Of a stretch of DNA of 64,000 nucleotides, positions 37,973-51,173 are shown piece by piece. The position numbers and the translations under genes were made by a program. Under the pieces are notes generated by a model. The model was not told the origin of the DNA and did no database searches. It saw nothing but the letters and a program-made list of their open reading frames with translations. This DNA is from Eledone cirrhosa (Eukaryota). The first letter of the stretch is position 1; each line of letters starts with the position of its first letter. The DNA is taken from the NCBI GenBank assembly GCA_964016885.1, contig OZ024742.1:122202001-122266000 (forward strand), given 5' to 3'.

Positions 37973-39022
37973 TTTCTTTATTAACCACAAGGGTTTACAT
38001 AAAATAGACATTAAGGACAGTGCAGGACAATACAGGACGGTACTAATGGGCATTTCTGCGTGTAAAAAACAAAAACAGAGGATGTAACAAAAAAAAACAA
38101 TGAAAAATTCCCCAATAGGGGGGAGTCTTCGGAGGGACATTTGTGGAGAAAGCCCAGTAAAAGGCCACAGTGACCCTGACCACCAAGGCAGGTGCCCTCT
38201 CCCAGTTTTCCACCTTTAATTTACAGATATATACTCAGAGTAGGCCCATTCACTCGGGCCATTCTTGCTTCTCTCACCCATCTTTCAACAAAATGCTGGG
38301 AAGAGAGCACTTCCCTCTCTACTCTGATTTTCCATTTCAAATAAAATTTGAAAAGGTCAATCAGGGCACTACCGAAGAGGTAAGTGCTCGTCTTCAGCCC
38401 TTTCAAACGTGTCCACCATACTATCTCTTTCACCATGGCGACCAGACAGATAAAAACTGCCTGCCCTTCCCGGCTAAAGGAGGAGGGCGGGGAAATCCTC
38501 ACGATGGACTCAGATGATAGCCGGATCCGTCCTACACGCGAAAGCAGGTGTTCGACATAAACACACAAGTCAGCAATTTTCGGACACTGGACGACTGCGT
38601 GCAGGACGGTTTCGTCGCCCTGCGCGCATCTCGGACATGCCCGGCTGACGGCACCTCCATGCCTGTAGAGTTTATCCCGAACTGGCAAGGCTCCTCGACA
38701 GCACTGCCAGGCCAGAGATTTCAGGAAGTTGTCCATAGGTCCCGGCCCGAAAGTTCTTCTGAAGAGATTGGCTAGTTGATTTTCGTCGACGCCTAGAGTT
38801 TCCCCAAGTACGTCGTCGCTCTTCCCCTCCACTAATCCTCTATAAAACGCCGAGGTGGAGTTTCCACCGATCACATTGCCCGATTGGTCGAGGGCTGTGA
38901 GCGCCTGAAGACATTCCAGTCTCCAGGCGCTCCCTCTCGGTCTTCGCTCGACCCAGGAATGCAGCTCCGTCAAGGAAACGAGCTGGGGAAATACGTGTCT
39001 AGCAAACGGCGACCACACCTGA
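37971..39022 (-). mobile_element. Tx1/L1-like LINE 3' part (second subfamily)
   Basis: ORF 38221-39048 with LPVRDKLYRH and CPRCAQGDETVLHAVVQC; (TAA)n on both sides. Confidence 0.9.
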
Positions 39023-39045
39023 TCATAATAATAATAATAATAATA

Positions 39046-39963
39046 CAATGCTCAGAATTGTACTGAAGGAGAGGACAATAGACCAGGGGAAGTCCAAGGA
39101 GGAAATAACAAGGAGAAAGAGCAACATTCATGAAAAATCCCTTCATATTACCTTCTTGGAGAAAACTGAATTTAGAGATCCACAGACATGGAACTGGTTA
39201 AAAAGAGGAGACCTTAAAAAGGGTACAGAAGGAATGCTAATGGCTGCGCAAGAGCAGGCCCTCAGAACGATGTGGGTGAAACACGATATTTACAAGGAGG
39301 AGGCTATCCCACTGTGTAGGATCTGTGGAGAGAGAGAGAGGAGACGTGGCTCACATTGTATCCGAGTGTAAACACCTAGCCCAGACTCACTATAAAGGCT
39401 GGAGACATGATTTGATGGGCAGGGTGATCGACTGGCACCTATGCAAAGTAAACAATTTACCACATTCTGAGAAGTGGTATGAGCATAATCCAGAGTCGGT
39501 GATAGAAAACGATCAAATGAAGGTGCTATGGGATTTTAGGATACAGACGGACAAGAAACTGGAAGACAATAGGCCTGACCTGGTGGTTTTTGACAAGGAA
39601 AAAAGATCGTGCCTGATTGTAGATGTAGCCTGCCCATTTGACAAGAGAGTGCAAGAAAAGGAAAGGGAGAAAATTTACCGATACCAGGAATGAAAGTGGG
39701 AGGTAAAAAGGATTTGGAACTGCCATGAAGTCAGAGTCGTCCCGATTGTCATAGGCGCACTAGGTACTATCTCAAAGAGTTTCCAAGGACTGTTAAAGAA
39801 AATTAGTCCAGCCCCGCTTTTTGGAACACTTCAAAAGGCATGGTTACTGAGAACAGCAAGAACCCTCTGATACGTCCTGAATATCTGAGGCTGCAGGTAG
39901 CGGCTTGATATTAATTTCAACAAACTTTCCAGTTGAATAACATCAACGACTGAGACTCAAAGA
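39046..39963 (+). mobile_element. Second R4/Dong-like copy, more truncated and frameshifted
   Basis: ORFs 39048-39371 and 39325-39693 align to 36478-37845; same 3' UTR ending GACTCAA followed by TAA repeats. Confidence 0.9.
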
Positions 39964-40025
39964 ATAACAATAATAATAATTGTTTCTACAATAGGCACAA
40001 GGCCAGCAATTATAATAATAATAAT

Positions 40026-40122
40026 GATTTCTTTATTAACCATGAGGGATGACATAGAGTTTAACATTTAGGACAACACAGGACAATACAGGACGGTACA
40101 AATGGGCATTTCTGTTTGTAAA

Positions 40123-40194
<72 letters not shown>

Positions 40195-40950
40195 AAAAAC
40201 AAAGGGTGTAACAAAAAAATGAAACAAGGAAAATCTCACGAATACGAGGGAGACCTCTGATGGTCACTCGTGGAGAAAACCCACAAAAAAGCCACCGCAA
40301 GCGCCCTCTTCCAGCTTTCCTCCTACAATACTACAGGCACACGCTCAAGGCAGGCCCATTCACATGGGCCATTCTTGCCTCTCTCATGAAAAGATTGGTT
40401 AGTTGATTTTCGTCGATGCCCAAAGTCTCCCTAGGACGTCGTCGCTCTTTTCCTCCACTAACCCCTTATAGAACACCAAGGTGTATTTACCACCGATCGT
40501 ATCGCCCAATTAGTTGAGGGCTGTGAGCACCTGAAAAAATTCCAATAGCTAAATGCTCCCTCTAGGTCTTTGCTTGACCCAGGACTGCAGCTCCATCAAC
40601 GAGACGAGTTGGGGAAATACGCGTCTAGCAAACGGCGACCAGCCTCTGAAGATGGGCCCAAAGCCGGCAGCCCTCAGGACCACCGCCAAATAACAATGGT
40701 CGACCTATCGAAAGCTTTCGACTGATCTAAATTGATCAAGGATCGACCCGGGCCAGGTCGCTAGCTACCCTCTCCACCATGTATCGCATTAGATGGAGGT
40801 TGTCGTGGATGGATCTGTCTGGAATGGTGCATGTCTGCGCCTCTCCCACCAGACCACCGACGACAACCTCTTTGCTAGCGCCTTGGCTGAAATCTTCAAC
40901 TCTGCATTTAGCAGAGCTATGGGCCTGACATTATCTATGTTGTCCCCATT
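40026..40950 (-). mobile_element. Tx1/L1-like LINE relic with multiple internal deletions and a (TA)n insertion
   Basis: 3' UTR resembles 37971ff; patches match RT segments (CTTTCGACTGATCTAAATTGATCA, TATGGGCCTGA). Confidence 0.8.
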
Positions 40951-41259
40951 ATTCAAAAGATATATGAGTATAAACGGTATTTTGACATGTTATGTAACAA
41001 ATGTAATTAATTACTCCTTGAACATGACTAGTTTATATAGAACGCCCAGTCGATTAATTTCACGAGCAGATTGTGCCATGGTTTGAACTACTAGAACAAT
41101 CATCAATTTCGGAAGTGACGGAGCTTCAGCAACAACAAAGGTTTGATGCATATGCATACATTAAATCCGTTGTGCCAGTTATTATGGCATAGCTGTTCGA
41201 ATATCTGTTTGGAACATTTTTCCAGGTTTACTAAGGAAATTTGAGTAAAACAAAAAGTC

Positions 41260-41500
41260 TGCCTTGAGCCCGGAAGCTCATCAGGTCGTTGCTTATCCCA
41301 GTTTCCACAGCGTTATGCGATAGAAAGTAAAAGATTCCATTCCATCACAGGTTTAAACTCCAGATACTGCTGGTGCTAAGTTTCAGCTGAGTGTACTGGA
41401 GCAACGTGAAATGATGTGTTTCGCTTTAGAACACAACACAGAACTCAATGCAGGAATCGAACCCACGATATTATGATCATAGGTCCAATGCCCTCTATGT
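41260..41500 (-). mobile_element. Second tRNA-derived SINE family
   Basis: Minus strand GTGGGTTCGATTCCTGC (B box) followed by GTGTTGTGTTC...CATTTCACGTTGCTCCAGT.CACTCAGCTG. Confidence 0.6.
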
Positions 41501-41681
41501 TCCATCCATAACCGTTCAATGTTTCAGATGTATCTATGAGTATATCATCTATTGTGTGTCAGTTTCCTTGGCTATTATTTCTAATAAGGCCATGAACGTC
41601 GTAATAACTCCTTCAAGGTCTACGTGTTGTCGACTTAATGTTTTTCAATATTGGCGTTGTTTGTTCAGTCGCTGTTATCTT

Positions 41682-41990
41682 TAAGGATGGTGAATTGCCA
41701 GAGTTGTTAGAACGCCGGCTACATGCACTCTCAGTTTAAATCCCACCGAGGTCAACTTTATATTTCATCCATTCCAGGTCGATACGAAAAGTACCAGTGG
41801 AGTACTGTGGTCGATTCTTCCTCTATATCTTCCCCTCACTTCCTTTCTTTGTCTCTCCATCCTTCTCTGGAAGAAATCTGTTGTATACAGACCTAGAGAG
41901 GAGATGGACGCCACCAAGTTTTAAAATTCCCGAGAAAGCCATGGTCAGTATGGCACACCTACCACTTCTTCAAGGGCTACAACACCATGC
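41682..41990 (+). mobile_element. SINE, long-tailed variant (another copy at ~48780-49030)
   Basis: GGTGAATTGCCAGAG head, CCGAGGTCAACTT core, tail related to 1420-1600. Confidence 0.7.
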
Positions 41991-42519
41991 ATGCATTCCA
42001 TACATCACCGTTCTAATTGTTTTGCCTCTTCTTAGAGTAGGTCGGGCATATCTTTATAAGCATAGTTAAATAAAACAGTGGAATACAAATATAGTTATAA
42101 TAGCTCACCAAGATGGTCTTCAACGCTTGTATATGAGTTGAAATTGTCCACATAAAGGTTTATGGTTTTGTCAATTTCATTCAATATACAACACATGTGT
42201 TTTCATTTATAAAAAAGCTTTTAATGGTGTCAGAGACTGAGAGATTCGATTGCAATTTTATGCGTAAACGACTGTTTATCATTTATTTACCCAACGTAAT
42301 ACAGAATGTCATCACTGATGTACTGTCCTGATAGTGGAGCTGTTTGTTTTCTTTATACAGTATGTTTAAAATCAAACAATGTGTAATACTATCATTTGTA
42401 TTTAATAATCAATCCATGCCATCCTATTTTCTCACGTTTCGTTATCGCCAGCGATTGATAATTTATTTTATAAACAAATCTGTTAATGGTTTTTATTATT
42501 ATCAGTATTATCATTAACG

Positions 42520-44990
42520 CACACCATATGCTGCTTCTCCTCTGCTTCTCCACGCACTTATTATATCCGAAGACATTCTAAGCATATGTCCATAGTCTTA
42601 GAGCTGTGATCTGCCAGTTTGGAGAAGTAGCGGCTCTATCTGGAGCGTCTCTCTGATGACCGAGCTACGCATTCTATCGAGTAACCTTACTCCAAAGAGA
42701 CGTCGGAAGAATCCGATTTCGGCAGGTTGTATTCGCGATCGTATTCTTTTAGTCTTTCAAAATACATGGTCATAGGTAAGTGTTGGCACGAATACCTAAT
42801 TGAAGACAGCAAATTTGGCTTTTATACCTTTCCCCTTCTTCTGATGACCGAAAGCTGAATCTGGCGCCTTACTGCTTCAGCTCCTGCAATACCTGCACAT
42901 AATTCAGCTTCCTGCCTTCCATCACTCTTGAACACGACCCCGAGATAATTGAACTTCTCCACCTGCTTGAGTGGAACTCCATTCACATTCAGAGTGCACT
43001 GCGCAGGCTTCCTTCAGATGAATGGTTTCGATTTAGCACCTTTAATCCGAACACAAGTAATCGGATATTCGTAAAGACATCGGGATAGCAAGAACCTGAT
43101 CATCGATCACATATTGCAGAACCTGCCACAAGCCATATGCATTTTTGAGGTCAACAAAGCAAGACTAAACCTCTTGTCAGAACTCTCACGAACTGGAACT
43201 ACTGCCGCAGTTAAAAACTTCATCGACTGTGCTGCGTTCGTGGCAAAAACCAAACTGCTCATCGGCTAGCTTGTACTCGACAATCTCCCTACATCTATTT
43301 TCTCGGCACTTAGAAAAGAACTTACTGATGAATCTTAACGAGAGGTTCCCTCTATCCTTGGGATTATCACATACGATTGTCATTGCTTAGGTGCCTTTCC
43401 ATAGATCGAGACCACCCAGCACACATGAATCAGCCAGAGAATAGATGCTCTATTTAAGGATATTAATATCTCTGGCCGAATTTCATCCTCCCCAGCGGCC
43501 TTGCCACATTTGAGTTCTTTCATTACTCTTGTGAACTCAGCATTTGAGAGATTAGTTATCGGTCCCAGATGCACCTTGTATATACCAGACAATGCTGTTG
43601 TGATCGGGTTTAGGAAATCTGCATTGTATTCTTTCCACTCAAGAGGATACACTTCTCGGAAGAAAGGAGACAACTGTTGCATTCATGATAGCAGGGGTGG
43701 AGGGAGACGTCTTATTACGAAATAGGTGGATGGTCTGCCAGAACAATTTATTTGCTGATCAGAAGTCGGATTCTAGCTTACACCCAAAGTCCTCCAACTC
43801 TTAACTCTGGACGCTTTTACTGTCTCTGCTACGATGCTTCGTGCCTGCCTATAGCACAAGCCAAACTTTGTAGGTCTCCTTCTTTGCTCGGATGGAATCT
43901 TTGACGTCTTGGTTGAACGAATGGATCCTCCTGCCATCCGGCGTCTCACCAAGCCTCTTTCACCCGCAGCATATAACAGCTGAAGCAAAACCTGCTTAGA
44001 TGAACAATCTCATTCCGTTTCAACATCCTCAGTTTGCTTAAGGAGTTTTCTGAATTTAGATACAATAGCATCTGCACACCTCGTCTTGACATACTTATCC
44101 ACCAACGCTTCCCACTTTATCCTGTAGCATGAACTATACCTGCTAGTCTTGTTGGCTTCTTTGGCTATAGTTAGTCTCAAGTTGCAGATAATTAGATGGT
44201 GATCAGTTGAGAGCTCAGCCACTTTTTAACACGAACACCTAGCACAGAATCGAAGAGATCCGATACAATAACAAAACTCTCATTGATCCCTGTCCCTGAT
44301 TCCTATTATACAATGTATATCTATGAAGTGTCTATGCTGGAAGAAATTGTTCATAATAGAGAGTCCACCGCTAGAACAGATGTCTAATGAGACCTCTCCA
44401 TTCGTATTTATATCACGACAGCCGTTCTTTCCAATCACTTCTTTCTATATCATGTGGTCAGTGAGAACATGTGCATTGAAGTCTCCCATTAGGATATATG
44501 ACTGAATCTTAACTACACCTAAAGCTGCAGAGACTTCATCAAGGAAGGGTCTATTTACGGACTCCTTGTTTGGTGCATAAACTTGCACCACGCACAGCCT
44601 AATCCTCCAGATGCAAAACCTCCTTACTAATTGTATCCTGCCCATAAAACACTTTGGCAGCCGGAGCCTTGTGAGTATGCCCGAATTCTCTTTGTGGGCT
44701 TGGGATATGCAATCATGTTGCGTCCATCCCTCGCCTCACAGGACAGTTTGCAAGCCCGTCTCCAGTTATTCCGGCATGAAATGGAGACTGCAATATATTT
44801 TTCAAACATGCCCCTCTACCTAAGGCCTGAACTATTTCCTTTGTTAATCTGCTTGAAGGGTGATGCGTTATGATTCTTTTTCTTACCATATTGTAGTTTT
44901 GGTGGTCATATTCACGCCAGTCACCTATCCGGTAATTTCCCAAACCCGCAATGAGTAGGCTTTTTTTACTCACCTCGTCATAGCTACATC
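42520..44990 (-). mobile_element. Highly decayed RTE-clade LINE
   Basis: Motifs in order: VVQVYAP, MGDFNAHV, STDHHL, GKAAGEDEIRPEIL, EQFGF...STVD, EKFNYLG; many stops. Confidence 0.8.
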
Positions 44991-45049
44991 ACTGGGTTTT
45001 GAGAGGTTTCTTGTGAGTTACAAGTGTCAACCATTGTTCCATCTCCTCC

Positions 45050-45385
45050 TAATAGCGTAAAGTATTTGTTGCTGGTTGTGTAATTCTGATGCCAGCTGTC
45101 TACAACCAGTGGACTGCGGTGGCGGTGGACCTGCAATTGTCAAGAAAGTTTCTGAGTATCCTGGAAGTTCAAAGGCGGGTTGCTTTCTGTAGGAATCCAC
45201 AGTCGTGTTCGTCCGCAGATTCTTTAAGTAGTTTTCAATTCTGGTGCTCACTGTGCCAAGCATTCCAACAACAACTCGGATCACGTCAACCTATTTCAAT
45301 GCCCACTAATGTTTTATCTCTCTATCTCTCAGATTTCTTCTTTTCATTGTCACAAACCTTATTGTCAGTAGGACAAACCTCGTCC
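45050..45385 (-). mobile_element. R4/Dong-like endonuclease C-terminal fragment
   Basis: VCPTDNKV..EKKK and VVVGMLGTVS match ACPLDTRV..EREK and IVIGALGTIS of the 36.5 kb element. Confidence 0.65.
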
Positions 45386-45389
45386 TGAA

Positions 45390-45650
45390 TGAAACAGTAG
45401 AATGGATTAGGTTTACTAAAAGAGTAGTGAGAGAGAAAATTAGACTAGAAGGAGAACTTGTTAGAAATCTAACAGAGGCCATCAGAGAAAACACCACAGC
45501 CGACGTGCTTGCAGTGGCATTGGCGCTCGACCAATCCTTCAATGTGAAGCAATAAGGCCTAGATGTCAGAGGTAAGGCGCGCGCATAGATGCGAGGGGAT
45601 GAAAGCCGTTCGATGGGCCTAAGTGGTGGATGCACGGCGTGGAAACAAAG
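45390..45650 (+). mobile_element. Old Tx1/L1-like ORF2 tether fragment
   Basis: ADVLAVALALDQSFNVK..VRGKARA resembles TDVLAARMALDHFFNAK..VRAKARA of copies A/B. Confidence 0.65.
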
Positions 45651-47099
45651 TCCGTTTCTTTATTTCAGATTTGAATAAAATAACTATAAGGCATTATGAG
45701 TATGTGACCTAGTTTTACTGAAACAAATATTTTATGTAAATTAGTTTGCATTTAGCTTTTACAAAACATGATGAAAAGTAGGTCTTAATAACAATTTAAA
45801 CTCATTGATTCTATTGTAAACATAATTTTAACGTAGTAAACAATGGAAATTGCTTTATTCCATTGTAAACATGCTAGAAGATTTCTGCTTACAGTTTCAA
45901 GTTAACGTTTGTATTTTCTATGTTGCTGAAAATACCGTTGAACTGCATTTTACACATGTTAGTTATATATTACAACTGTAAACACTAAAGAGATATACAG
46001 CGATACAAAAACAATCCTGTTATGACACATCAGATGTTTGTAACGTTGAGTAACATATCTGACCTTGATAATAGCAATTTCTTTATTCGAACACGAACAC
46101 CTAAATTGGAATTATAGATAACATAAATTGCACATTCATTCTTAATAATATAGCGTATATTCTGCAAAAATCCCATATGTATATAGATAGATATGGAAAC
46201 GATTGACATGATCTCAACACTCATTCTCTTATCGAGCGGAGTGCATGCCGTTAAATCAGTCCAAGGAAACCATGGTTCCATTGGTGTTTCCATTGTTGAT
46301 ACTATCTACTGGTCACAAGTCCAGACACAAAGATCAACGCGAAAGGGAAAGAACGCATTGCACACTCTGAGAATAGAACTCATAACCTAATAATCGCGAA
46401 TCCAATTCGCTAACTACAAAGCTATACGTGATTTCACTTATAACAAATAGCAATAGTATAAAAAATACAACTTGATACAAATCAACGTATATGTGAATGA
46501 AATACAAACAGTCACAGCCACGTACATATCGACACAAGCACATGAACGTAGATTTCGAAAGCACAATTGAAAGAAATGCTAACAATTTGGAGAGGGAAAG
46601 AGTGAATCAAATGCTCTCAGTTATTTAAAAGAAAATTATAATGAAGAGTAAAAGAAGAAAGACGTCAGAAAATTGAATATAAAGACATTGACGGAACATG
46701 TAGAGACATGGTATAAAATACAATATTGTAAAGTGTGGGAAAACAAACATAAGAGAAAATATATAGAATTATAAAGAAATCCAAATAAAGAATTGAATGG
46801 TTCATTTAGCTAAAACTACGATCAGTGTGGCATATTAAATTGTTCATTGTTTTATTTCTTTAACTTACTTAAGCATAATCTGCTAGGTGAGACTGTTGAC
46901 ACCTCTTGTAAGCTTCCATATATATTAGCAGACAAAACAGCTTTCTTTTATCTACCGAAACTAGTAAGAAATCAATAGACGTTATTTCAATGAATGCAGC
47001 AAAGTGAATGTAAATATCCCGTTTACAGCAAACACAACATCCTGTATCATAACAACAAAAACAGGAACAAGAACCAGAACAATAATCAACAACAAAGAC

Positions 47100-47218
47100 A
47101 CAACAAAATCATCATCATCATCAAGAAGAAGATGAAGACGAAGAAGAAGAAGAAGAAGAAGAAGAAGAAGAAGAAGAAGAAGAAGAAGAACAACAACAAC
47201 AACAACAGCAACAACACC

Positions 47219-47257
<39 letters not shown>
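47100..47257. repeat. Compound trinucleotide microsatellite (ATC)(AAG)(AAC)(AAT)
   Basis: Read directly from the sequence. Confidence 0.95.
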
Positions 47258-47259
47258 TG

Positions 47260-47720
47260 CAATTTCTTTTATTGAACACAAGTGCCAAAAGACATTGGGG
47301 ACAATTCAAGGACAAAAATATCACAGAGTGAAGTATACAGGGATGGGGACATCACTGAAGAGATAACAAGATATAACAATAACAGAATGTGTAATAATCA
47401 TGAAAAAAGAGGAAACAGTGAGGAATGTTAACTATGAACATTTCCCCAATAGCCAGGTTTGCGCATTAGGCTAATTCTAGAGAGAACCCCTACACAGTAT
47501 TGCATCACGGGCATTGAAAGTGACTTCTCCCAGTGGCTCTCCTCGTGCTTAAAAAAGCATTGTTTGAGTAGGTCCATTCAGCCTCGTCAATCTCGCCACC
47601 CTCACGCATCTTTCATAAACACACTAGAAGGCCGTATCATCTCTCTTGCCTTTCGTTCCACTTCAAGTGGAACTCAAGGAAGTTGATCAGGGATGGCCGG
47701 AGTGAAAAATGTCCACGTCC
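47260..47720 (-). mobile_element. Diverged Tx1/L1-like 3' end next to (TAA)n
   Basis: GTAGGTCCATTCA and GAAGTTGATCAGGGATGGCC match the ORF2 end of copies A/B. Confidence 0.65.
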
Positions 47721-47821
47721 CAGCTATGTAAAACCTCTGTCTGTAAGTTGATGGTTTCCTTGTTGTATATTAGTTTGTTGGTTCTTTATAGTAATGTCTA
47801 TTATTCTTGCATTATTTCTTC

Positions 47822-48220
47822 ACAAGGGCGGTGGATTGGCAGTATCGGTAGAGGGTCGGGCGCCATGCTTTGAAGCATAGAGTTACGGCCCTTGCCATTC
47901 TGAGTTCAAATCCCGCCGAGGTTAACTTTGCCTTTCATGCTTACGGGGTCGATAAAATAAAGTACCAGTAATACACTGATTAATTGCTGGCCTTGTGCCA
48001 AAAGTAGAAACAATTATTTCTTCAAAAGATGGCGGTGGATTGGCAGTATTGGTAGAGGGTCGGACGCCATGTTTGCAGCATAGATTTACGGCCCTTTATG
48101 ATATGAGTTCAAATCCCGCCGAGGTTGACTTTGCCTTTCATCCTTACGGGGTCAATAAAATAAAGTACTAGTAATGTACTGAGTAATTGATGGCCTTGTG
48201 CCAAAAGTAGAAATAATTAT
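47822..48220 (+). mobile_element. Tandem pair of well-preserved tRNA-derived SINEs (~200 bp each)
   Basis: GGCGGTGGATTGGCAGTATCGGTAGAG head, GAGTTCAAATCCCGCC B box and tail GGCCTTGTGCCAAAAGTAGAAA, present twice. Confidence 0.9.
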
Positions 48221-49029
48221 TTCTTCACAAGATATTTTCACACACATACTATCAACAATATATATTTTTATACTTTCGAAAGCCCCATACACCTTTCAAT
48301 TCGAGGTATATATGGAGTATGTCTCTCTTTTTCGACGATGAGAACACCCAAAACAAAATAGCCAGCTTTTGAAATGAACGTGTAATTAGCTTAATATTCC
48401 ATATACACGTGTACAATTAACATAATTATCACGAAGATTTTCGGTGTGACAGTGTGTGACAATGCTGACGCTTAATGTTCTGTCGACCAGGGGAAATGGT
48501 AAGTGACACTTGTCCAACATGGCATCTAATGAATTCGAAGCGAACGTCTTAATTATTTGTTAAGGCTGCATCCACAAATATTAAATTTAATATTTCAACG
48601 CCACCTTTTATTAGTGCCGACATTAATCTTCTTGTTTTTCATCTGTTTTTCACCTTGTTTTGTCTAAAACAAAATAACTATCAGTTGAACATACTACATT
48701 TATAATTTTTTATTTGGCTAGCTATTAATGGATTTTAAAATAGTTTCTCTTCACCTGTTCTTAACGAATTCCTTTTATGCCTTCTCAGAGTTCAAATCCA
48801 ACCGTAGTCAACTTTGCCTTTCATCCAGTCGAGGTTGATAAAAAAAAGTACCAGTTATGTAGTAGGTTCGATTCCCCTATATATCTCTGTCTCATTTCCA
48901 TGCTCACCCTCTATCATTCTCTGGAAATAATCTGCTGCTTTTAAACCTGCGCCAGTATTTAAAAATGCCCTAGAAATGCCTTATTTCAAAATGGCGCCTC
49001 TACGACTCCATCAGGAGCTATGGGACCAT

Positions 49030-49500
49030 ACATTCATGCATTTCGTTCCAAACCTTTCTTGCATTTGTGTCTGTTGTATAATGTCTGGTTCGTGACTTCT
49101 AAATATTTGTAAGTCTAAATATTTGGTCTAATTTAGTTATCTGTTTGCTGATTTAATAAGAGACTAGATTGGGCATACATTAAAATGGTTAGGGTGGTAC
49201 AAAACATAAACGGGCGTCAGCGTATTACAAATGAAAGTTGATTCAGAAACAGATCCAAGATAACGACGACAATTGCTCAAAGACCGGCCCTTACTTGAGG
49301 ATTAAGCAGCAAATGTATACACAAGCTATTATTGAGGGGAAACAACTCTAGGGAGATGCAGTAGAGGAAAACCTGTTCTAACTTTCACCGACCAATTCTC
49401 GAGTGATATAGATATCAGTATGAAACAGGTTGGCAAGCGTAATAGAAAATCATGAATTGTGGAGGGACTTTGTCAGGAATGTTCGATTGTGTTCGCAATG
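49030..49500 (+). mobile_element. Probable RTE LINE 3' relic
   Basis: Degenerate IEGK...RGKP-like coding remnant. Confidence 0.4.
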
Positions 49501-50091
49501 CTGCTGATGATTTATCACCTAATAGGAATAGGTTTTACTTCGTTTTCTCACCTAGTGGACAAACCTAGTTCATTTCATGGCTGTGAATCTTATATCAATC
49601 AATATAGTGAATTTGAATAGTCAGTAGAAAAGTCACCATCCATTTATTATCTGCAATTTTAACTTGAGCGTATCGTTGTACAAAGTAACCGTTACTATTC
49701 TGTTGGATATGAGGTTAGTTTCTATATTTTCCTATTTCGTATGAACCTGGATAAATGGCTGCAGTTTTTTTGCTGGCGTGTTTAATGTACCAAATATTTC
49801 CAGTATTAATATGTAATGAATAGTGTCAAAAGTCTTTTGATAATCAGTCCTTACTATGTCCAAACCTTTCTGTGCGTAAAAATATATATCACTTGTATTA
49901 ATCATTAATCAATCGTTTGTTTCCCTCTCCTTATAGACGCATACAATAATCAATCATGAGATTAGAGAGAAGACCATGTTTCTGTCAAATGACGACCTGT
50001 AGTGGGACACAGTCGATAATTGTATAACCATGACTGCTAAATTCACTGTTAAAGATTTAAACCATTTTGCTGTTTAAGAGTTTGCCTTTTG

Positions 50092-50370
50092 CATGTTCAT
50101 TCATATATATAACAAACTCATTCGTATCTGTAACATGCTTATTCATATATATATAACACGATTATTCATATTACATAGCATGCTTGTTCATATATATAAC
50201 ATGCTCATTCATATATAAAACATGCTTATTCTTATATATATATAACACGATTATTCATATACATAGCATGCTTGTTCATATATATAACATGCTCATTCAT
50301 ATATATAACATGCTCATTCATATATAAATAATACGATTATTCATATATAACATGCTTATTCCTATATATA
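50092..50370. repeat. Minisatellite, ~21-25 bp unit CATGCT(C/T)ATTCATATATATAA
   Basis: About a dozen imperfect copies; the unit reappears at 51085. Confidence 0.85.
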
Positions 50371-50379
50371 TATATGTAT

Positions 50380-51084
50380 GTAAAAGGTAATCAGAAATAA
50401 CAACACAATCGGTACAGTATATGGAAGGGATATATTAGTTTAACGCTTGGTATAGCAGGCAGAGGGTTTTAACGTTTCGGACGCTAGTCCTTCATCAGAA
50501 GAAAGAATGAGTAATAAGATAGATTCGGGGGACGGGCGGGTTGAAATTGGAAAAAATGCCTTTAGATAAAAATAACAGGTCCATTCATGTTGACATCTCT
50601 TGCAAAACTGGCGGTGCTGGCGTTTTGTGTATGATTTATATTTTAGAAAAGTGGATGATGTAGCGCGTCTACCTGAAATGGTAAAAAACGGTTTTGAAAA
50701 AAGAGCTTCACTTGTAAACGTGCTTAAGCATGTTCGTGTGTGTTATTATACGTTCGTACGAAGCTAAGAAGAAATGTGTGTTAATATAAAAGAGTGTGTG
50801 TGCATATAGGTACGAAGCTATGAGCAAAAGTATGTTAATATAAGGGTGTGTATGCGTGTATACAGAGCAGTAAAGGGAAAAGTGGAGTGAGCATATATAG
50901 TCGGCATGTATTAGTTGCAAGAGAAGATGTTACTGATCAAGAGAAAGCGGTAGGAATCTAGGGGTGTGATGATGGACGGCATATTAGAGAAATTAGGGCG
51001 TGAGTTGTGTCCAAGAGGGGAATATCACGCGAGGGGGTAAATCAGACTTTGTTCAGTCCTGGTGCGCGAAGCCTGTAATCCACG
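50380..51084 (-). mobile_element. PLE 3' remnant (ORF tail + pLTR with hammerhead at 50467-50502)
   Basis: Minus strand EQSLIYPL..PLGHN-like PLE C-terminus, then CTGATGA-A-GGAC TAGC GTCC-GAAACGTT. Confidence 0.75.
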
Positions 51085-51094
51085 CATGCTTATT

Positions 51095-51173
<79 letters not shown>

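Noticed and set aside
46193-46390. 65-aa ORF with a weak signal-peptide-like start
   Set aside because: Short, with no recognisable motif or splice support; expected by chance.
47822-47920. tRNA gene
   Set aside because: The A/B-box-like head does not fold into a cloverleaf and continues into a multi-copy SINE body.
48470-48504. CAG|GGGAAATG|GTAAGT possible micro-exon
   Set aside because: The polypyrimidine tract is weak and nothing else supports a gene.
50092-50370. Regularly spaced repeats resembling a CRISPR array
   Set aside because: No unique spacers or cas genes, and the context is eukaryotic; it is a minisatellite.
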